NCBI RefSeq assembly: GCF_009914755.1
Contig: NC_060928.1
DNA from: the human T2T-CHM13v2.0 reference genome, Homo sapiens
Strand: one strand, 5' to 3'
DNA: 64,000 bases
A model generated the notes under the pieces. That model was not told the origin of the DNA and searched no databases. It saw only the letters and a list, made by a program, of their open reading frames with translations. Positions 13,313 through 30,380 of this stretch are shown in pieces. Position 1 is the stretch's first letter. Each line of letters begins with the position of its first letter. Both the position numbers and the translations under genes were made by a program.

Positions 13313-15399
13313 TCAGTGTCCCAAGAATCACATTTTTTGGGGGGTTGGAGGTGGCTGTGTGAGAATAAGACCCCTCCTTTCAAGTGCTATTTTAAAACTT
13401 GCACACAGCAGGCTTTTTGGCATCAATAGGGGTGTTTTAGATTTGATTGCTGGAAAGAATTCTTGAATTCTCTCTTTTCAACTCAATACTATAGGGGAAA
13501 ACTACCACTGATAGTTTCACTATGGGGGTCCTTATGGGTTGCTTCTAATGATTCAGGGAAACAGACAATTTCCAATATTTAGAAATACTTTTTAATCTGG
13601 AGAAAAAAATACTTCCACTGAGTGACAGCCTTGCTCCACCAGAATCAGCACATCTCTTCAATTTCCATGTGGGATGATTCTGTGCCTCCGTGAATACAAG
13701 CCAGGTTGGAAAGGTCAGTGTATAGAGAGGAATGAAGTTTAGAAATGACACATTTCAGGTATTGGCAATATTCTGCTGGAACCCCAAGATCTGATTGGAT
13801 CATGAAGTTTAAGCAGGAAACACCTGCGTTTAATGTCTGGTGACTTTCCGTGGCTGCAAGCAGTGTAGAATTTTATGTCCCCAGTGGCTGTGTGTTTGTA
13901 GAAAATTGTGTGGGAGAAAGTTACTTAACCTGTGCTTTGTTTTTAAGGAAAGTGATTTCTCCACAAACTTTCAACCATCAGCTCTGAGTGTTCTCAGTAG
14001 AAGGGTGGCCAGAAGGGACATAATGGGGCATGCTTTGGGATTTGTCTCCCTTCTGCTCAGAGGCTGGAAATGCAGGGCAGCACATGCCTCCGTGGGCTCT
14101 ATTTTGTAGCACTGCAAATGTTCCCTTCACATTTCTTAAAATCATTTGCTTTTTGTAATTCATTATGAAAATGTGTATTGCTCCAATGAGCTGCCTCTGT
14201 CTGTCTCATTTTTATTTTTAAGTCATTGTTGCCCTCCTTATTGGTTATCTTTTCTTTATTTAATGTTTTAAAATTTGACTCATTTGATAAACCAGAGAAA
14301 TAAATTAGCTCCTAATTTTAAAAAATAGCAAATATAATAATCCCCACCCAAGTAAAATTAATTTTTGAACTTCTGAAATAGAAATTCTGGAGAGGGAAGA
14401 TGTTTTTCTATCAGTGTTCTGCTGTTTTCTGTTTGCTTACGGCATCATTTGTTTTCCTTAAGTTACTATTTCTTAAGCCTGAGAACCACGGATACCTGAA
14501 ACTATATCTGCAGACTCCAGTAGGAGAAGTCTATTTTAAGTCATACCATAAACTTATCAATGAATCAGAGGAGAGATTATCCTGATGACCTAGCAAGAAT
14601 CAATGAGATTTTTTGCACTGTCACAGATAAGTTATTGGTTTGTTACTATCTTTGTTTTGTTTGTTGTATTAATTTGTTACTATTTATTGTTGGCATGCAG
14701 GAATGGAAAAACAGAATGAAAGTTATTTCTCCTGTTGTGTTTCTGGATGTCAAGCCAGCTCTCTGTGTTCTGAATGTGTCATGTCCACTGAGATATACTG
14801 AGATTGTTTTGAAGAAAGAGAGAAAGGAAGCATTCGCTTGCCCAGAATAAGAGAGCGATGTGGGGTTACTTTGGGAAGAGGGTTGTGGGCTCACCTTGGG
14901 AAGATACATGGATTTATAGAAACTAGAAGGCTTGAAGGGGCAGGGAGTGGTGGGTACTGTGGGGAGACCGGTGCACTGGTCTGATGGTGTTGACTGTGTG
15001 GATGCCTGGGAACCCGGCATTCTCATCTGGGACAGGTAGACGCAGACATCAGCAGTGACCATATGGACCGCACACCAGATCTTCCTCAATTTTCCCAAGT
15101 TGTATAAATACTAGGAGTCTTATACAAGATTAAGAGAGAGGTAAGGGACTCAAAAGTGATCCATATTGGATTTCCTTCCAACAAGTGCTATTAATAACTA
15201 GGGAAATAAAGTTCTATGAGCAACGAATTCATACCTTACAAATGGTACACACTTGCTGAAGGGCACAGAGAGGTGTTATAATCTAACTGTAGAAAAGTTT
15301 TCTTACTAATAATTTTAAATTTATAAATCTATCTATAATTTCTGAACTCATAACATGCAGCTAGTATGATTAGACACTTATGAAAAAGAAATTAACAAC

Positions 15400-15710
15400 A
15401 ACAATAATAATGAAAAACAATAATGGAACTTTGTGGTTTGCAGAATACTTTCACAATCATCATCTCTTTTCATCTTCCAACAATTATATGAGGTGTCATT
15501 TTTCCTCGCTTATAAGTAAAAAAGATGAAGACCAAAAGGTTACTTGAGCTACTTTGCATAGTTACAAAATGAATAAATCTATGAGTCAGATGTTGCCAAC
15601 CAGGTACCTTTGAACTCAATACTGTTAGGGTTCTCATTTTACAAAAGAGGAAACCAAGGCTCAGAAAAATGAAATACGTTTCTAGAGAGATCTCACAATC
15701 CCTTGCATAT
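15400..15710 (-). mobile_element. MIR fragments
   Basis: ctcattttacaaaagaggaaaccaaggctcagaaa matches the MIR core in antisense. Confidence 0.6.
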
Positions 15711-15964
15711 GGCATAATTAGCATCTATAACTCTAAACTTTACCACGATGACAAACTCTGGACAAAGAGGGTGAAGGGAAAGACTTCCAGGAGAAAGAAC
15801 AGCTTTCAGGAAGTACTGAAGTGAGAGAGAAAGAGAATATATTCTACCTCCCCTCACCAGCTTTTTATTTTGAAGTGTTTTAACTCAGAGACAAGTTACG
15901 ACTCTTTGAATGAGCATCCCTCCCTTAGATTCAAAACTTCAACATTTTGCCAAATTTGAAAATA

Positions 15965-16242
15965 AATTGAAAAGGTGTACAAAGATACAGTTAGATGGAA
16001 TAAGTTCTAGTATTTGATAACACAGTAGGGAAATTATAGTTAACAATAATGTATATTTCAAAATAACTAAAAGAGAAGAATTGCAACGTTCCCAACACAA
16101 AGAAAAGATAAATGTTTGAGGTGATGAATATCCAAATGATCTGGATTTGATCATTACACATTGTATACAGGTATGAAAATATCACATGTACCCCCAAACA
16201 TGTATAGCTGTTATATATCAATAAGAATTATAAAAAAGAAAA
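15965..16242 (+). mobile_element. L1MA-type 3'UTR fragment
   Basis: ggaataagttctagtatttgataacacagtaggg...gatcattacacattgtatac...atcaataa followed by an A-rich tail. Confidence 0.8.
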
Positions 16243-16871
16243 TAAGTTGCAGATGTAATTACATTTCGCCTTTGAATACTTCTCCATGCCCTTTTAACAA
16301 TATGGCTGTTTTTGTAAAAGAAAGTTGTGAGCTGAGTTTTGAAGAAGAAAAAGAATGTATTTTAATTAAAAAAAGTAGGGACACATTATTATACTACTGC
16401 TTTAATCACTGATACATGAAACAGAATAAGTCTGACTTTTTTAGGGTGTCGTTTAGCTTTTGGGAAATAATAACTATTTTATCTTAATTTTAATGTGTGT
16501 ATGTGTATTTGCAAATGTGTGTGTGTGCATGCATATGTGTAATTTGCACACACCATTGCTATTGATTTTCCTAATAGGCTTTGGAGATAATTAAGGCTGT
16601 TTTTTTTTTAAATCAAGTAAGATATCTGAGATGCTAGAAGCTTAAAAAAAAGACCCCAGGTCATTCACATATTCGGCAAATACCTGAGCAAGCTAGGTCT
16701 TAGGTTGCTGCAAACAACGTTCCTCCAAATATTCCCAGCTTCTGTAAATGTACAGGTTGTATCCAAAAAGAATTCTATAAACCGGGAGATTTTGGCTTAG
16801 TTATGTCTCTAGATGCATACTTCTTGGTTGACTGTTTACTTTTTAAAACATTTTACTTAGCTTTCTGTTAA

Positions 16872-17246
<375 letters not shown>

Positions 17247-17967
17247 TGAAACTTCAGTCTTTGAGCTGCTGTCATAGCTCTTGCATGCAAGCACAGCATT
17301 CCCCTATGCTGTCAATGCAATTGGTTCTTGAGGTCTTCATAGTAAACACAATACACATGCTATGCCAGTGTGGGGTTTTAACAGCTCTGGGTAGCTCTTT
17401 GCATATAGATGTAGAAAGGTGAAAGAAAAGTGGAAACATACCTATATTTCTGGGTAAATATTTAGAGATGAACAATGAACCAAGTGTTCAATGGACAGTT
17501 TGCATATGTGATAAAAATGTTTCAATAGAAATAGGATGGCTAGACACTTGCCAGAGAATCTGATGGCCTGGGTTCTCTTAAAGGCTTGTCATTGACACCT
17601 AATGCTTCTTCAATTTTGTCATTTGTCTCCAAATAAGGAAACAACCAACATAAGGTTTTCTAATTGCTATAGACATGTGGAGAGAAATCTTATTTTTTTT
17701 GCGTAGAGTTTTTGAGGTCCTGATAAAGTTATTAACAAAGGTTGCATTCTCCTCACATTTTTTTTTCCTGAATTAGGTATAGAGAAATAGAGTATTGAAT
17801 CTTTTTCTTTCATTTTTAGATAATTCAGTGAAACTTAGTCCTGGTCATGAGGGACAATGAGCTATGAGTAAAGAGAGAAAAAGAGGAGCTGAAAAGACCC
17901 AGTCTTCTGGATTTCTTAGAGGCACAAATTTCTGACTGGTTGTAAACCCTGCCAACTAACCGTAGTC

Positions 17968-18072
17968 AAAAAAACAAAAACAAAAACAAAAACAAAACGA
18001 GAAAGAGGAAGGAGGAAGAAGAAGAGAGGAGGAGAGGAGAGGAGAGGGGAGGAAAGACGGAGAGAAAGAGAA
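17968..18072. repeat. (CAAAAA)n followed by a purine-rich GA tract
   Basis: Seen directly. Confidence 0.85.
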
Positions 18073-18339
18073 CACAACAAGGAGGATATTTTCTTTTATG
18101 GACCAAAGAGGATGGCCTTGTAGATGAGCCTGAGGCCAGGCAGGGAGCAGTGATGACTTAGATAACAGAGAGGAGCCACTGTGGAACTACCAGTCTGATC
18201 CATAGAATATATGGATGAAGAATTCGATCTAAACCTGAGGTCAAAGGCTATTCAGTGCTTTAGAGTGCCACGTGTTCATGCCTGCCATGAACTAACTGTG
18301 AGATTGTTCCTACTGGATTTTTACCATTTCTTTCTTTCA

Positions 18340-19565
18340 CAAATATACTGAGGCAAGTAATAGACCTAGGCTCACAATATAGTACATGCCTAATAGGGAG
18401 AAACATTCATTTCATCCTGTGGGTTCGATGGTGGGAAGAAAAAGATCATGGGCATTTAAAATCAAGCATAAGAAATGGCAAGGAGTCTAGGGAGGTAGGA
18501 AGAGGCCTGGTAATACAAGATCTCACATGCTGTGCTCAGGAGCTCACACTGTTTTCTATAGATGATAGGGAGCTACTCAAGGGTTTAAAGAGAGAAGTAG
18601 CAGGGTCAGAGTTTAGTTTTAGGTATTCAGTTGGGGGAAACATGCGGGAAAGTGGACTGGAGTCTGGTGGCTAATGCAATAGTCCAGATGAGAAATAAGG
18701 CCTGTGGCTGAGCGTGGTGGCTCACACCTGTAATCCTAGCACTTTGGGAGGCCAAGGTGGGTGGATTACTTAAGGCCAGGAGTTCAAGACCAGCCTAGCC
18801 AACATGGTGAAACCCCATCTGTACCAAAAAAAAAAAAAAAAAAAAAATTAGCTGGACATAGTGGTGCTCCATTGTAGTCTCAGCTATGGAGGAGGCTGAG
18901 GCAAGAGAATCACTTGATCCCAGGAAGCGGAGGTTGCAGTAAGCCGAGGTTGTGCCACTGCACTCCAGCCTGGGAAAGAGCAAGACTCTGTCTCAAAAAA
19001 AAAAAAAAAAAAAAAAAAGAAAGAAAAAAAGAAAGAAGGGCCTGAATTGGGGGAAGTGTAGTAGATTTACAAAAGAGGAAGAGCACACTAGAAATAATTA
19101 TGGGGTAAAATTACAGACCTTTATGATAAAATTATTTTAATTTTATTAATAGGAAATTAATTATATTATAATTATAACATCAATGAATAGAGAAGAGGGA
19201 ATTTTTTTAAATGACCCCAGCTTATTGGGTAAAGGAAGTTGTCATTTACTGAGACAAGACAGAAAGACTAGCTGTGCTCACCAGGGTAAGGAGGTGGGAG
19301 GGCAGTGGAGGGAGTGGGTTGAGATGATCTATTCAGTTTTGGACCTGTTGAATTGAATGTATTAAATAGGCACGTAGAGATGTCCATCAGGAAGTTGGGG
19401 ATGAGTCTAAAACTTAGAGGTGAGGTCAGAATTGTAAATAAGAATTAGAAGTCATTTGCACTATGGGTGCTAGTTAAAATTATGAGTATGGATAAGATCA
19501 GCTAGGGAGATTATTTTTAGCAAGAAGCATTATATAGACTGAGGAATAAAACCTGGGATAAGATT
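18340..19565 (-). mobile_element. L2 fragments interrupted by an Alu
   Basis: ggggagctactcaagggttt..., gcaatagtccagatgagaaat and ttcagttttggacctgttgaattg resemble L2 antisense. Confidence 0.55.
18706..19035 (+). mobile_element. AluS with long A-rich linker and tail
   Basis: Full dimer. Confidence 0.92.
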
Positions 19566-19654
19566 ATTCCAACTATGTTTTAAGACTGATTAGAGGATAA
19601 TGAAGTCAATATAGTGACTCTGGAGAGTAGTCATTTTTCTTTTTTACTTTAAAC

Positions 19655-21401
<1,747 letters not shown>

Positions 21402-21458
21402 TGAATGAGATCTGCCGAGGCTTCTTGATGAGCATTTGAAAACCACTTTCACTGCTTT

Positions 21459-22122
<664 letters not shown>

Positions 22123-22612
22123 TTTTGAAGTGAATTCGTTGATGGAAACGTTTTCAGCTTCAAAATTCCACGTTTTGTCACGAACTTTAAGTGGATAACC
22201 TGTTTCCTTAGTGCTTCAGGTTGTGGTCATGAGTGTTAGTTTCACCTTTCCTGACCTTTGGTGGTGAGTTCCCTGAACGTGGCTCTCGCGGCACTTCTAC
22301 TCTTCAGGTAAGTCCTAATTCTTATATTAAACCCTTTATTTCTGGCATTCTTGGAGTGGATTTGCTTTCTTAACCAAATAGACTGAAAAGGATTCAGTTC
22401 CCAGAGCAGATGTTTTGATAGTTGTTGTTCAGCTGAAAGAGCCTAAATACCGAGAAGAAAGATGGAGGTATTAGAAATAAGAATGGGAGGGGCATTGAGG
22501 TCCTGGAGAAGACAATACAGGTAAAGTCAAGAGGATCGTTGAAGGGACTATCCTTGAGCAGGAGGAGGGAAGGAAATAACCTTCAGATGAGAAAGAAGCT
22601 CAGAATGGATGT

Positions 22613-23020
22613 TGTGTTACGTTGGCTCCTTTGGGGAGCAGACATCAGGGTGCAATTAAATGTGCAAGATATTCATTAGGGAAAATGCTTATTAGAGAAA
22701 ATAGGAAGGAAGGGAGAGGAGACTGGGAGAACTTTGATTTGGGTATGACTCCTGTGAAGGAGAGATGGGGAAAGAGAGGTTGAGTAGAAGGTGTCTTCGA
22801 AGCAGTACAGTCTGAGAAAGTTTTGACAAGGGAAGTCCTCCAGTCAAAGTCAGAGCAATCCTGCTTTCTTATCTCTGCCACTTCCATCATGGGCTGCCAG
22901 TGGGAATCACGGCCACACCTCAAACTCTGTGGTAGATTTGGAGTACAGCAGTTGGGACCATCAGCCAGTTATGCTCCCTGAAGTCAGGAAGCCAAGAGGC
23001 GCATTTTCATGTTCACTACA
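22613..23020 (-). mobile_element. ERVL solo LTR, LTR16-like
   Basis: tgtgttacgttggctcctttggggagcagac...aaatgtgcaagatattcattagggaaaatgc...ttcactaca. Confidence 0.6.
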
Positions 23021-23158
23021 GGTGGAAATATCGATGTTGGTGTAGGTTTTGAAGTGAGGAACAAGAGGTTGAGGTGGTCTATGCCTCAGTTTTTTCATTT
23101 ATGAAATGAGGTAACTGGAATAATAATCTGAAAAGTTTTTTACACTTCTAAATCCTAG

Positions 23159-23471
<313 letters not shown>

Positions 23472-23816
23472 TAGTCTTTTTTGTTTTGCTTTTTTTTAAA
23501 TAAAGAAAGCCAAAGTAATTAATCTATGGTTTAAATGATATCAAATACATAGACAAGCCTATAATGTTAATAATGTTACTAACAATAATGATGGTGATAA
23601 TAATGATGTCTAACTTGTCCTGAGTGCTTTCTAAGCAGGTTTTATGAAATTACCCAATCTAGGCCCCACTCTTTTCACACCTAATTTCGCTTTCTGGGGG
23701 CAATTTCTTTTAGCCATTTCTATTTTGAGTTCTCCTAAGGGTGACTTCCATATCCTTAAAATAATATGTTTAGATTGCTATTTCTTGGTTTATCAAATTT
23801 GTCTCTTATTTTATGA

Positions 23817-24305
23817 TAGGTGATCACTTTTGAAAGCTACTTTGATGGTTCTGAGCATTAGGTGCTATAAAAAGGCAGCTTACACTGAAGGAATACGGAT
23901 CAAAAGGATTTGGTGTGTGCAAATAAGAAATATGTAATAGATTTAGGGCTACAGATGAATACATATCAAATACATCTAAAACAGTCACATGCAGAAATAG
24001 CCAAATACAATTAACTAATTCTATTAGGTAAGATGCACGAAAGTGTAGATTTTCCTTATTGCCTTGAGGAAATAAAAGATTGTACAGAGCTGCCATTCCA
24101 AACCTTATCCATGATATGCTATAAAGGGTCTGGGATTAATTAAATACAGGATTGATGTGTGCCATGTGTCACGAGGGGTACACGTTGAGCATTTGTAAAA
24201 TAATGAGTGTTTCTTTATAAATTAGTTTTAACTATATGTTCATATTTAACCTAATTACTGAGTAATACATTTATAAAAGTGTTCATTTCTTTTTTGAATT
24301 ATAAA
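23817..24305 (+). mobile_element. Tc1/mariner-family DNA transposon fossil (DNA1_Mam-like) with transposase C-terminal remnant
   Basis: 24113-24198 reads DML*RVWD*L-YRIDVCHVSRGVHVEHL*. Decayed TIR-like ends ggtgatcacttttgaaag and aaaagtgttcatttctttttgaatt. Confidence 0.6.
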
Positions 24306-24589
24306 TATTAAGATTTACTCATGATGTAGTTTGTGTACTATATGGAACTATTTTGTTTTTTCTTTCTAATAAAGGTAAAGGATTCATTAAAAAACAAAAA
24401 ACATCAAAGAAAATGTGAAATAATTATTTAAAATTTTAAATTATTTATATTTAACCTTCTCTCACACAATATAAAATGGTATAAATAATTTTCTTCCACT
24501 GGAAGTACAGCTTCTAAAAGAGAGGAGGAAAACCTTTCTATATATTTCCAGTCCAATTGCTGGCAGTCGAGGCACTATTTTGGTCATTT

Positions 24590-24679
24590 AATTTTTTAAT
24601 TTTTTTAGTTTTGTTCTTTTTTAAGTTTATTAAGAAAGTTAAGGAATAAAAGAATGGCTATTCCATTGGCAGAGCAGCG
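24590..24679 (-). mobile_element. Tiny retroposed ERV1 LTR R-region fragment with poly(A) and TSD
   Basis: Minus strand GCTGCTCTGCCAATGGAATAGCCATTCTTTTATTCCTTAACTTTCTTAATAAACTT plus an A-rich tail. TSD tggtcattt at 24581-24589 and 24680-24688. Confidence 0.75.
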
Positions 24680-25499
24680 TGGTCATTTTAAAAATGTCAT
24701 TTAAACTGATTTATGCAGGGAACATTTTGAACAATTATGCTGGCCGTTTAAAGTAGGCTCTGTCAACACTGAACTGAATTATTTCAATAGTTTATTTTCT
24801 CTCTGTGTGACTTTCTTTGTGCAGCTAGCCAAAATGGGGGGGATAAGATGGGTCCAACATTTACATTGAAATTATTCCAATTAGGACTTTGGCAGTAGAA
24901 CTACAATCTCTCCAGCTGTGGGTTAAGTGTTTTAGAGATATTTGCATGTGGTCAAGGCATGCACATGGAATGCCTTTGGCAATGGGTAGAGGCCATCCAG
25001 AGCATGATAAATTAGCCCGTGATCTTTATTCACTCTGGGTTCTGGACTAAAAATACTTTTGTCAGCTAGAGGACTTTACCATGTTCACTGGAGAACTGAT
25101 GATATCAAAGTTATATCATACCCTTTTCCATTTATGACAATGCCATGCTTTTATCCAAATTGATGTAAAGGAATCTGGATTGTTAAGAATAGCAAAAAAA
25201 GTCTTAGATTCTGACTTCTGGTGAATACATTCATTACTCTTTGTAGTGGCTTAGAGCTCCTGATTTTAGGTGCACACAAGTGAATTTTATTTGATTTAAT
25301 ATATAATAACTGTACATTATGAAGATCTTGTCAACAATAGATCCTGCCACTGGAAAAACTCCTGAATAGGTAACATAATTGTAGGCAAATTACAATGTTT
25401 GTTAACAGTTCATTGTTTTCTTCGTGTTCCAAGTTGGTGTTTTTCAAAAAGTTTTCTTAAGGCTAATAAAGGAGAGTATATTTCAGACTTCACACTATT

Positions 25500-25680
25500 C
25501 AGTATGATAGCCACTAGCCACACGTAACTGTTAAGCACTGAAATGTAGCTAGTTTGGATTGAGATGTTCCTTAAGTGTAAAATACACCCTGGATTTCAAT
25601 TTAAACATGTAATGTTTTATTTTTTATTGATTACATGCCAAATTGGTAACATTTTAGATATATTAAATATTATACACAAT
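25500..25680 (+). mobile_element. MER3-like hAT-Charlie MITE
   Basis: gatagccactagccacacgtaactgttaagcactgaaatgtagctagt...aagtgtaaaatacacc. Confidence 0.65.
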
Positions 25681-25694
25681 TAATTTAAAAAAAA

Positions 25695-25955
<261 letters not shown>

Positions 25956-26999
25956 TAATTTTAACCCTTTTTTACTTCAACTTTAGGCTTACTTTTTACT
26001 TTAACTTTAGAGATATTTAGGTAAGGGAAATGTGCTCATGAAAGAAAGAATATCTTTTTCCATTTTCCAAGCTATTCTGTGTTTTGGATGTTGGCCTGTT
26101 GTATTTAGTCTCCTCTCCTTATGCTAGAGACACTGACATACTATTCTGGAGTGAGGCAGGTGGAGAAAAATTTTAGAACTAGACTGGGGAGGAAAAAATA
26201 GACTTCATTTAAAATCATATTTTATTGTGAGAGATAAGGAACTATATAATAGCTCATCATTTCAATAGTATTATCGCTCTGAATAGTATATTACTACACT
26301 ACCAATTTCAAGGCCTTTTCTATTTAATTTCTGAGATTCTATTCCTAGAAGATTAACTTGCAGACTAGCATTCTGAAAATATGCAAGGAATTATATGAAT
26401 AATTGTTCAGTTGAATAGGAGAAAGGATTATATTTACTCATGTTTATGTAGTATGTTTTAAGTTAAACATGCTTATCTGTAGGAGGCGATTGGCAGCTAG
26501 TGACCTTAGACAGTTTACACTTTTAGTTTTGACCAAAATCATACAACATCTGGCACTTTTGTAAAACTAAACAGAGTTATAATTTGCAGCAGTAATAGAA
26601 CTGATGATTTATTAGCTCAGTAAAATTTTCATTTGGATTTAAAGGGGGGGAGATGTCTGAATACCATAAAAAGGACATTTATAACCATCAAACCCCTTAA
26701 AATCTAATGAAGAAGTTGTGTTTCTGGCACAACCATGACTTGTAAACAATTCAAAATATGTAGTCAAAATGTCAAGACTAGTTATGGAAAAGAAAGGCTT
26801 TGACAGAGGAATTGTTTTTGGATAATTTCTTGCTTATATAGTAAATTAATTTTGAATTCAATATTATAAAATAATAAAACTGTTTACTCCAAATAACTTA
26901 CTTTAAACCTTGTCATCAATTTATGCAGAGAATAATACCATAAAATGCCATTTCTATTAGATTTTTTATTCATTTCTTCATTCAATAAGTATTTATCTA

Positions 27000-27059
27000 C
27001 CACAAAATATCACATGTACCTCATAAATATGTGCAACTATTATGTATCAATAAAAAAAA
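27000..27059 (+). mobile_element. ~60-bp 5'-truncated L1 3' end inserted in an L2 tail
   Basis: aaaatatcacatgtacctcataaatatgtgcaactattatgtatcaataaaaaaaa; imperfect TSD atttatcta / atttaccta. Confidence 0.7.
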
Positions 27060-27522
27060 TTTACCTATTATGTGCCCATAACTTAATACTGTTCTGTGTT
27101 AAAAATTCAGAACAGCAGAAGACATGTTCCCTGATGTCACATTGCTGTGAATCTGGTGGAGGAAATAGTCGTATAAGCTGAGAAGTCAAATCCAATTAGG
27201 GAACGGGTGAAAGAGGGAGCTGAGCCAAGCATAGTGGGCACAGAGGAGAGCAAGTTACCTGCCTGGTGAGCAGGAGGGAGGGGATTCGAAGAAGGGGAGC
27301 CATTTGAAGCAGGTCTGGAAGGATGAGTAGGAGCTGGTCGTTCTTGCCAGGAGAGGAGTATAGTCAAAGCAAGGAGACATGAAAGAACTTAGTGTTGTGG
27401 GGAAAAGAGGGGTGAGAGAGTGGTGGGTTTAGACCTTGTATGTCACAGATGAATTTATGAGCTATCAACAATTTTATAAAAGACAGAAAACTTCATTTTC
27501 CTAAAAAAAAAAAAAAAAATCC

Positions 27523-28015
<493 letters not shown>

Positions 28016-28289
28016 TTAGATGCTATAGGTGGGCCTGTATTTGTGAATAGAGAATTTCATTTCTTTCTATGATGTACATTGTAGATTAAGAGTACATATA
28101 AACAGAAGGAAAATCCCTGTGTAGCAGGAGGAAAATAATTTCATAGAGAGCACAGTATGCTGAAGCTGAGCTTCCTGCTCCCAAGTAGCAAAGAAATGGT
28201 TACAAAGAAAAGGGCTCCAGTCAGATGGCTTATACAAGTGGCAACCAGCCAACATCTGCTTTCATTTATTTTTACATAGTAGTGAAGAC

Positions 28290-28530
28290 CATAGAGTTTG
28301 GTGCCAGTCAAGCCTGGGTTAATGTGTTCTGGTTTAGCCATTCACTAATTGTGAACACATGGGAAAATCAATCAATTTCTTGAAACTTTTGTTTCCTTAA
28401 ATGAAAAATGAGAATATTAATAATACTTCATAAAGTTGTGAGGATTAAATGAAATAATTTCAGTAAGACTCTTAGTACAGAACTTGGGACATATAATGTG
28501 TTTAATAAATGGTAGATATTATTATTAATT
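28290..28530 (+). mobile_element. MIR
   Basis: taatacttcataaagttgtgaggattaaatgaaataat...aataaatggtagatattattatt. Confidence 0.7.
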
Positions 28531-28761
28531 TTCTTTGTCAAGTTATTTTTAAAATCTTCACATTAGTTACTGATCATCTGGCACTATATATAGGACCTTT
28601 CCTCTTTGAGGCTAGAAGGTGATTCAAAAAGGGGAGGAATTGTGGAGCGCTGGCTTCAGATCTAATAGAAGTGACTGCCTATATCACTGGCTTTCTCTGA
28701 TTCTCACTTTATTTATCTACAAAGTGTAAGATTAAATAATCTGTAGCTCTAATTCTGGATT

Positions 28762-29650
28762 ATATTAGTTAGAATTAGTGTGGCTATTATCAAAACAGAA
28801 AAATAAACAACACAAAAGTTTATTTCTCTCTCACCAAAAAAGCTTAGGGCGTTGCCATTAGGAATGGTATGTCAGGTCTGTTCTGCAGAAACCTAAATGT
28901 CTTTCAGGGATACCCAAGGAATAGCCCCATTCTCTTCATTCAAGACAGTGGCTGGAGTGCCAGAGCTCCAGCCAGATGTGACATCTACACACCAGGCATC
29001 AGGGACAAAGTGACAAAGAATAATGGTCAAAGGGCTCACGGGCCATCTCATGAGGAAGGTGCCCCATGACATTTCTATGCATTAGACAGAATTACTCATA
29101 ATACTGCTCCTGGCTCCAGGGGCAGTTGGAGAAATTTAGTCTTTATCCTGGAGAGTCACGTACCAGCAAAAACATATTACCATTGTTAAAGAAAAACTTC
29201 AGCCCAATTAAGTGTAAAGGAGTTTAATTGAGCAATGAAAGACTCACAGATTGGGCAGTCCTCAGATTCACAGCAGATTCAGGGAGACTCCAGAACAAAT
29301 CTGTAGACAAAAAAAAAGGGAAGTGACCTACAGAAATCAGAAGTGAGGTACAGAAACAACTGGATTGGTTACAGCTCCACACTTCCCTTATTTGAACACA
29401 GTTTGAACGCTTATCAGTGTATGAGTAGTTGAAGTATGGCTCTGGGATTGGCCAAGACTTAGCTGTTGTCACAGGCTCATACTCCCAAGTTAGGTTTTCA
29501 AGCTTGTCTACCTATTAAGTTAGGTTGCAGGTTATCCACAAGAATTCAAATACAGAAGTGTGGAGTCCTTTTCAGGCCACATTTAGTTTGCTTTAACACC
29601 ATAGAAAAAGTGGAGAAGAGGTATTGGGAGATAATTAACACTCTCTGTCA
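28762..29650 (-). mobile_element. Old MLT1-type LTR interrupted by MER57
   Basis: atattagttagaattagtgtggcta...aaagtttatttctctctc; resumes after the MER57 TSD and ends ...ctctctgtcaca. Confidence 0.5.
29184..29598 (-). mobile_element. ERV1 solo LTR, MER57A-like
   Basis: TGTTAAAG...CTTTAACA termini; perfect 4-bp TSD ccat at 29180-29183 and 29599-29602. Confidence 0.85.
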
Positions 29651-29869
29651 CATAAAATATAGGACCAGTTATTGTTTCTGCTTTCAACAGGCCATGATGT
29701 AGTCACTGAAATCTGCATTGCTTTGGTACCTTTGGGCTAAACAGATCAGCTCTTCCTATGCAGTTGGGAAGTCTCACTACTGCATAACAAATAAGGATCC
29801 TAAGTGGAAATCACTTCAAATTTAGTGCCAACATCCTTTTGATCCAGAAATTTTTGTTTGAGAAACTTA

Positions 29870-30380
29870 TTGAGCTCCTGTCCTCATTTTCTGCCCACCT
29901 AAAGCTGCTTCTCTACAGTGGTTCTCATCTTGGTTAAGGACAATTCCACTCTTCCAGTTGCTCCGCTCAGAAACCTTGGCATCAGCCTTGCATCCATCTC
30001 TCTTTTACCACATCCAATTCACCAGCAAATGCTTCTCACTCCTTTCATTGCTATCACCTTGTCTCTTACCTGTGTGATGGCAGAAGTTACCTAAGTCTTT
30101 ACCTTTTCCTCCTTTTCTATCAATTCCCAGCATAGTTGCCAGAGTGATTCTGTAAATATGTAAGTCAAAAGGCTTATCTTTTAAGAAACACAATGAAGTA
30201 TTTACAAGTAAAATTGTATGGTGTTTGGGATTCGCTTTAAAACACTGGAGCAAAAAACACTAGTGTGGAAAGAGATAAGAAAAATTGGCAAAATATTGAT
30301 GAATGTTGAAGACAAGTTATGTATGCATAGGGCCTTATTGTTCCATCCTTTATAGTGCCCATAATAAAAAGATTTTTAAA
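29870..30380 (+). mobile_element. L2 fragment followed by an old L1 3'UTR fragment
   Basis: cttccagttgctccgctcagaaaccttggcatc (L2); gaagtatttac...tgggattcgctttaaaacact...cataataaaaag (L1M). Confidence 0.55.

Noticed and set aside
14646-15098. 150-aa minus-strand ORF
   Set aside because: No recognisable domain or supporting gene structure; lies in the putative pseudogene tail.
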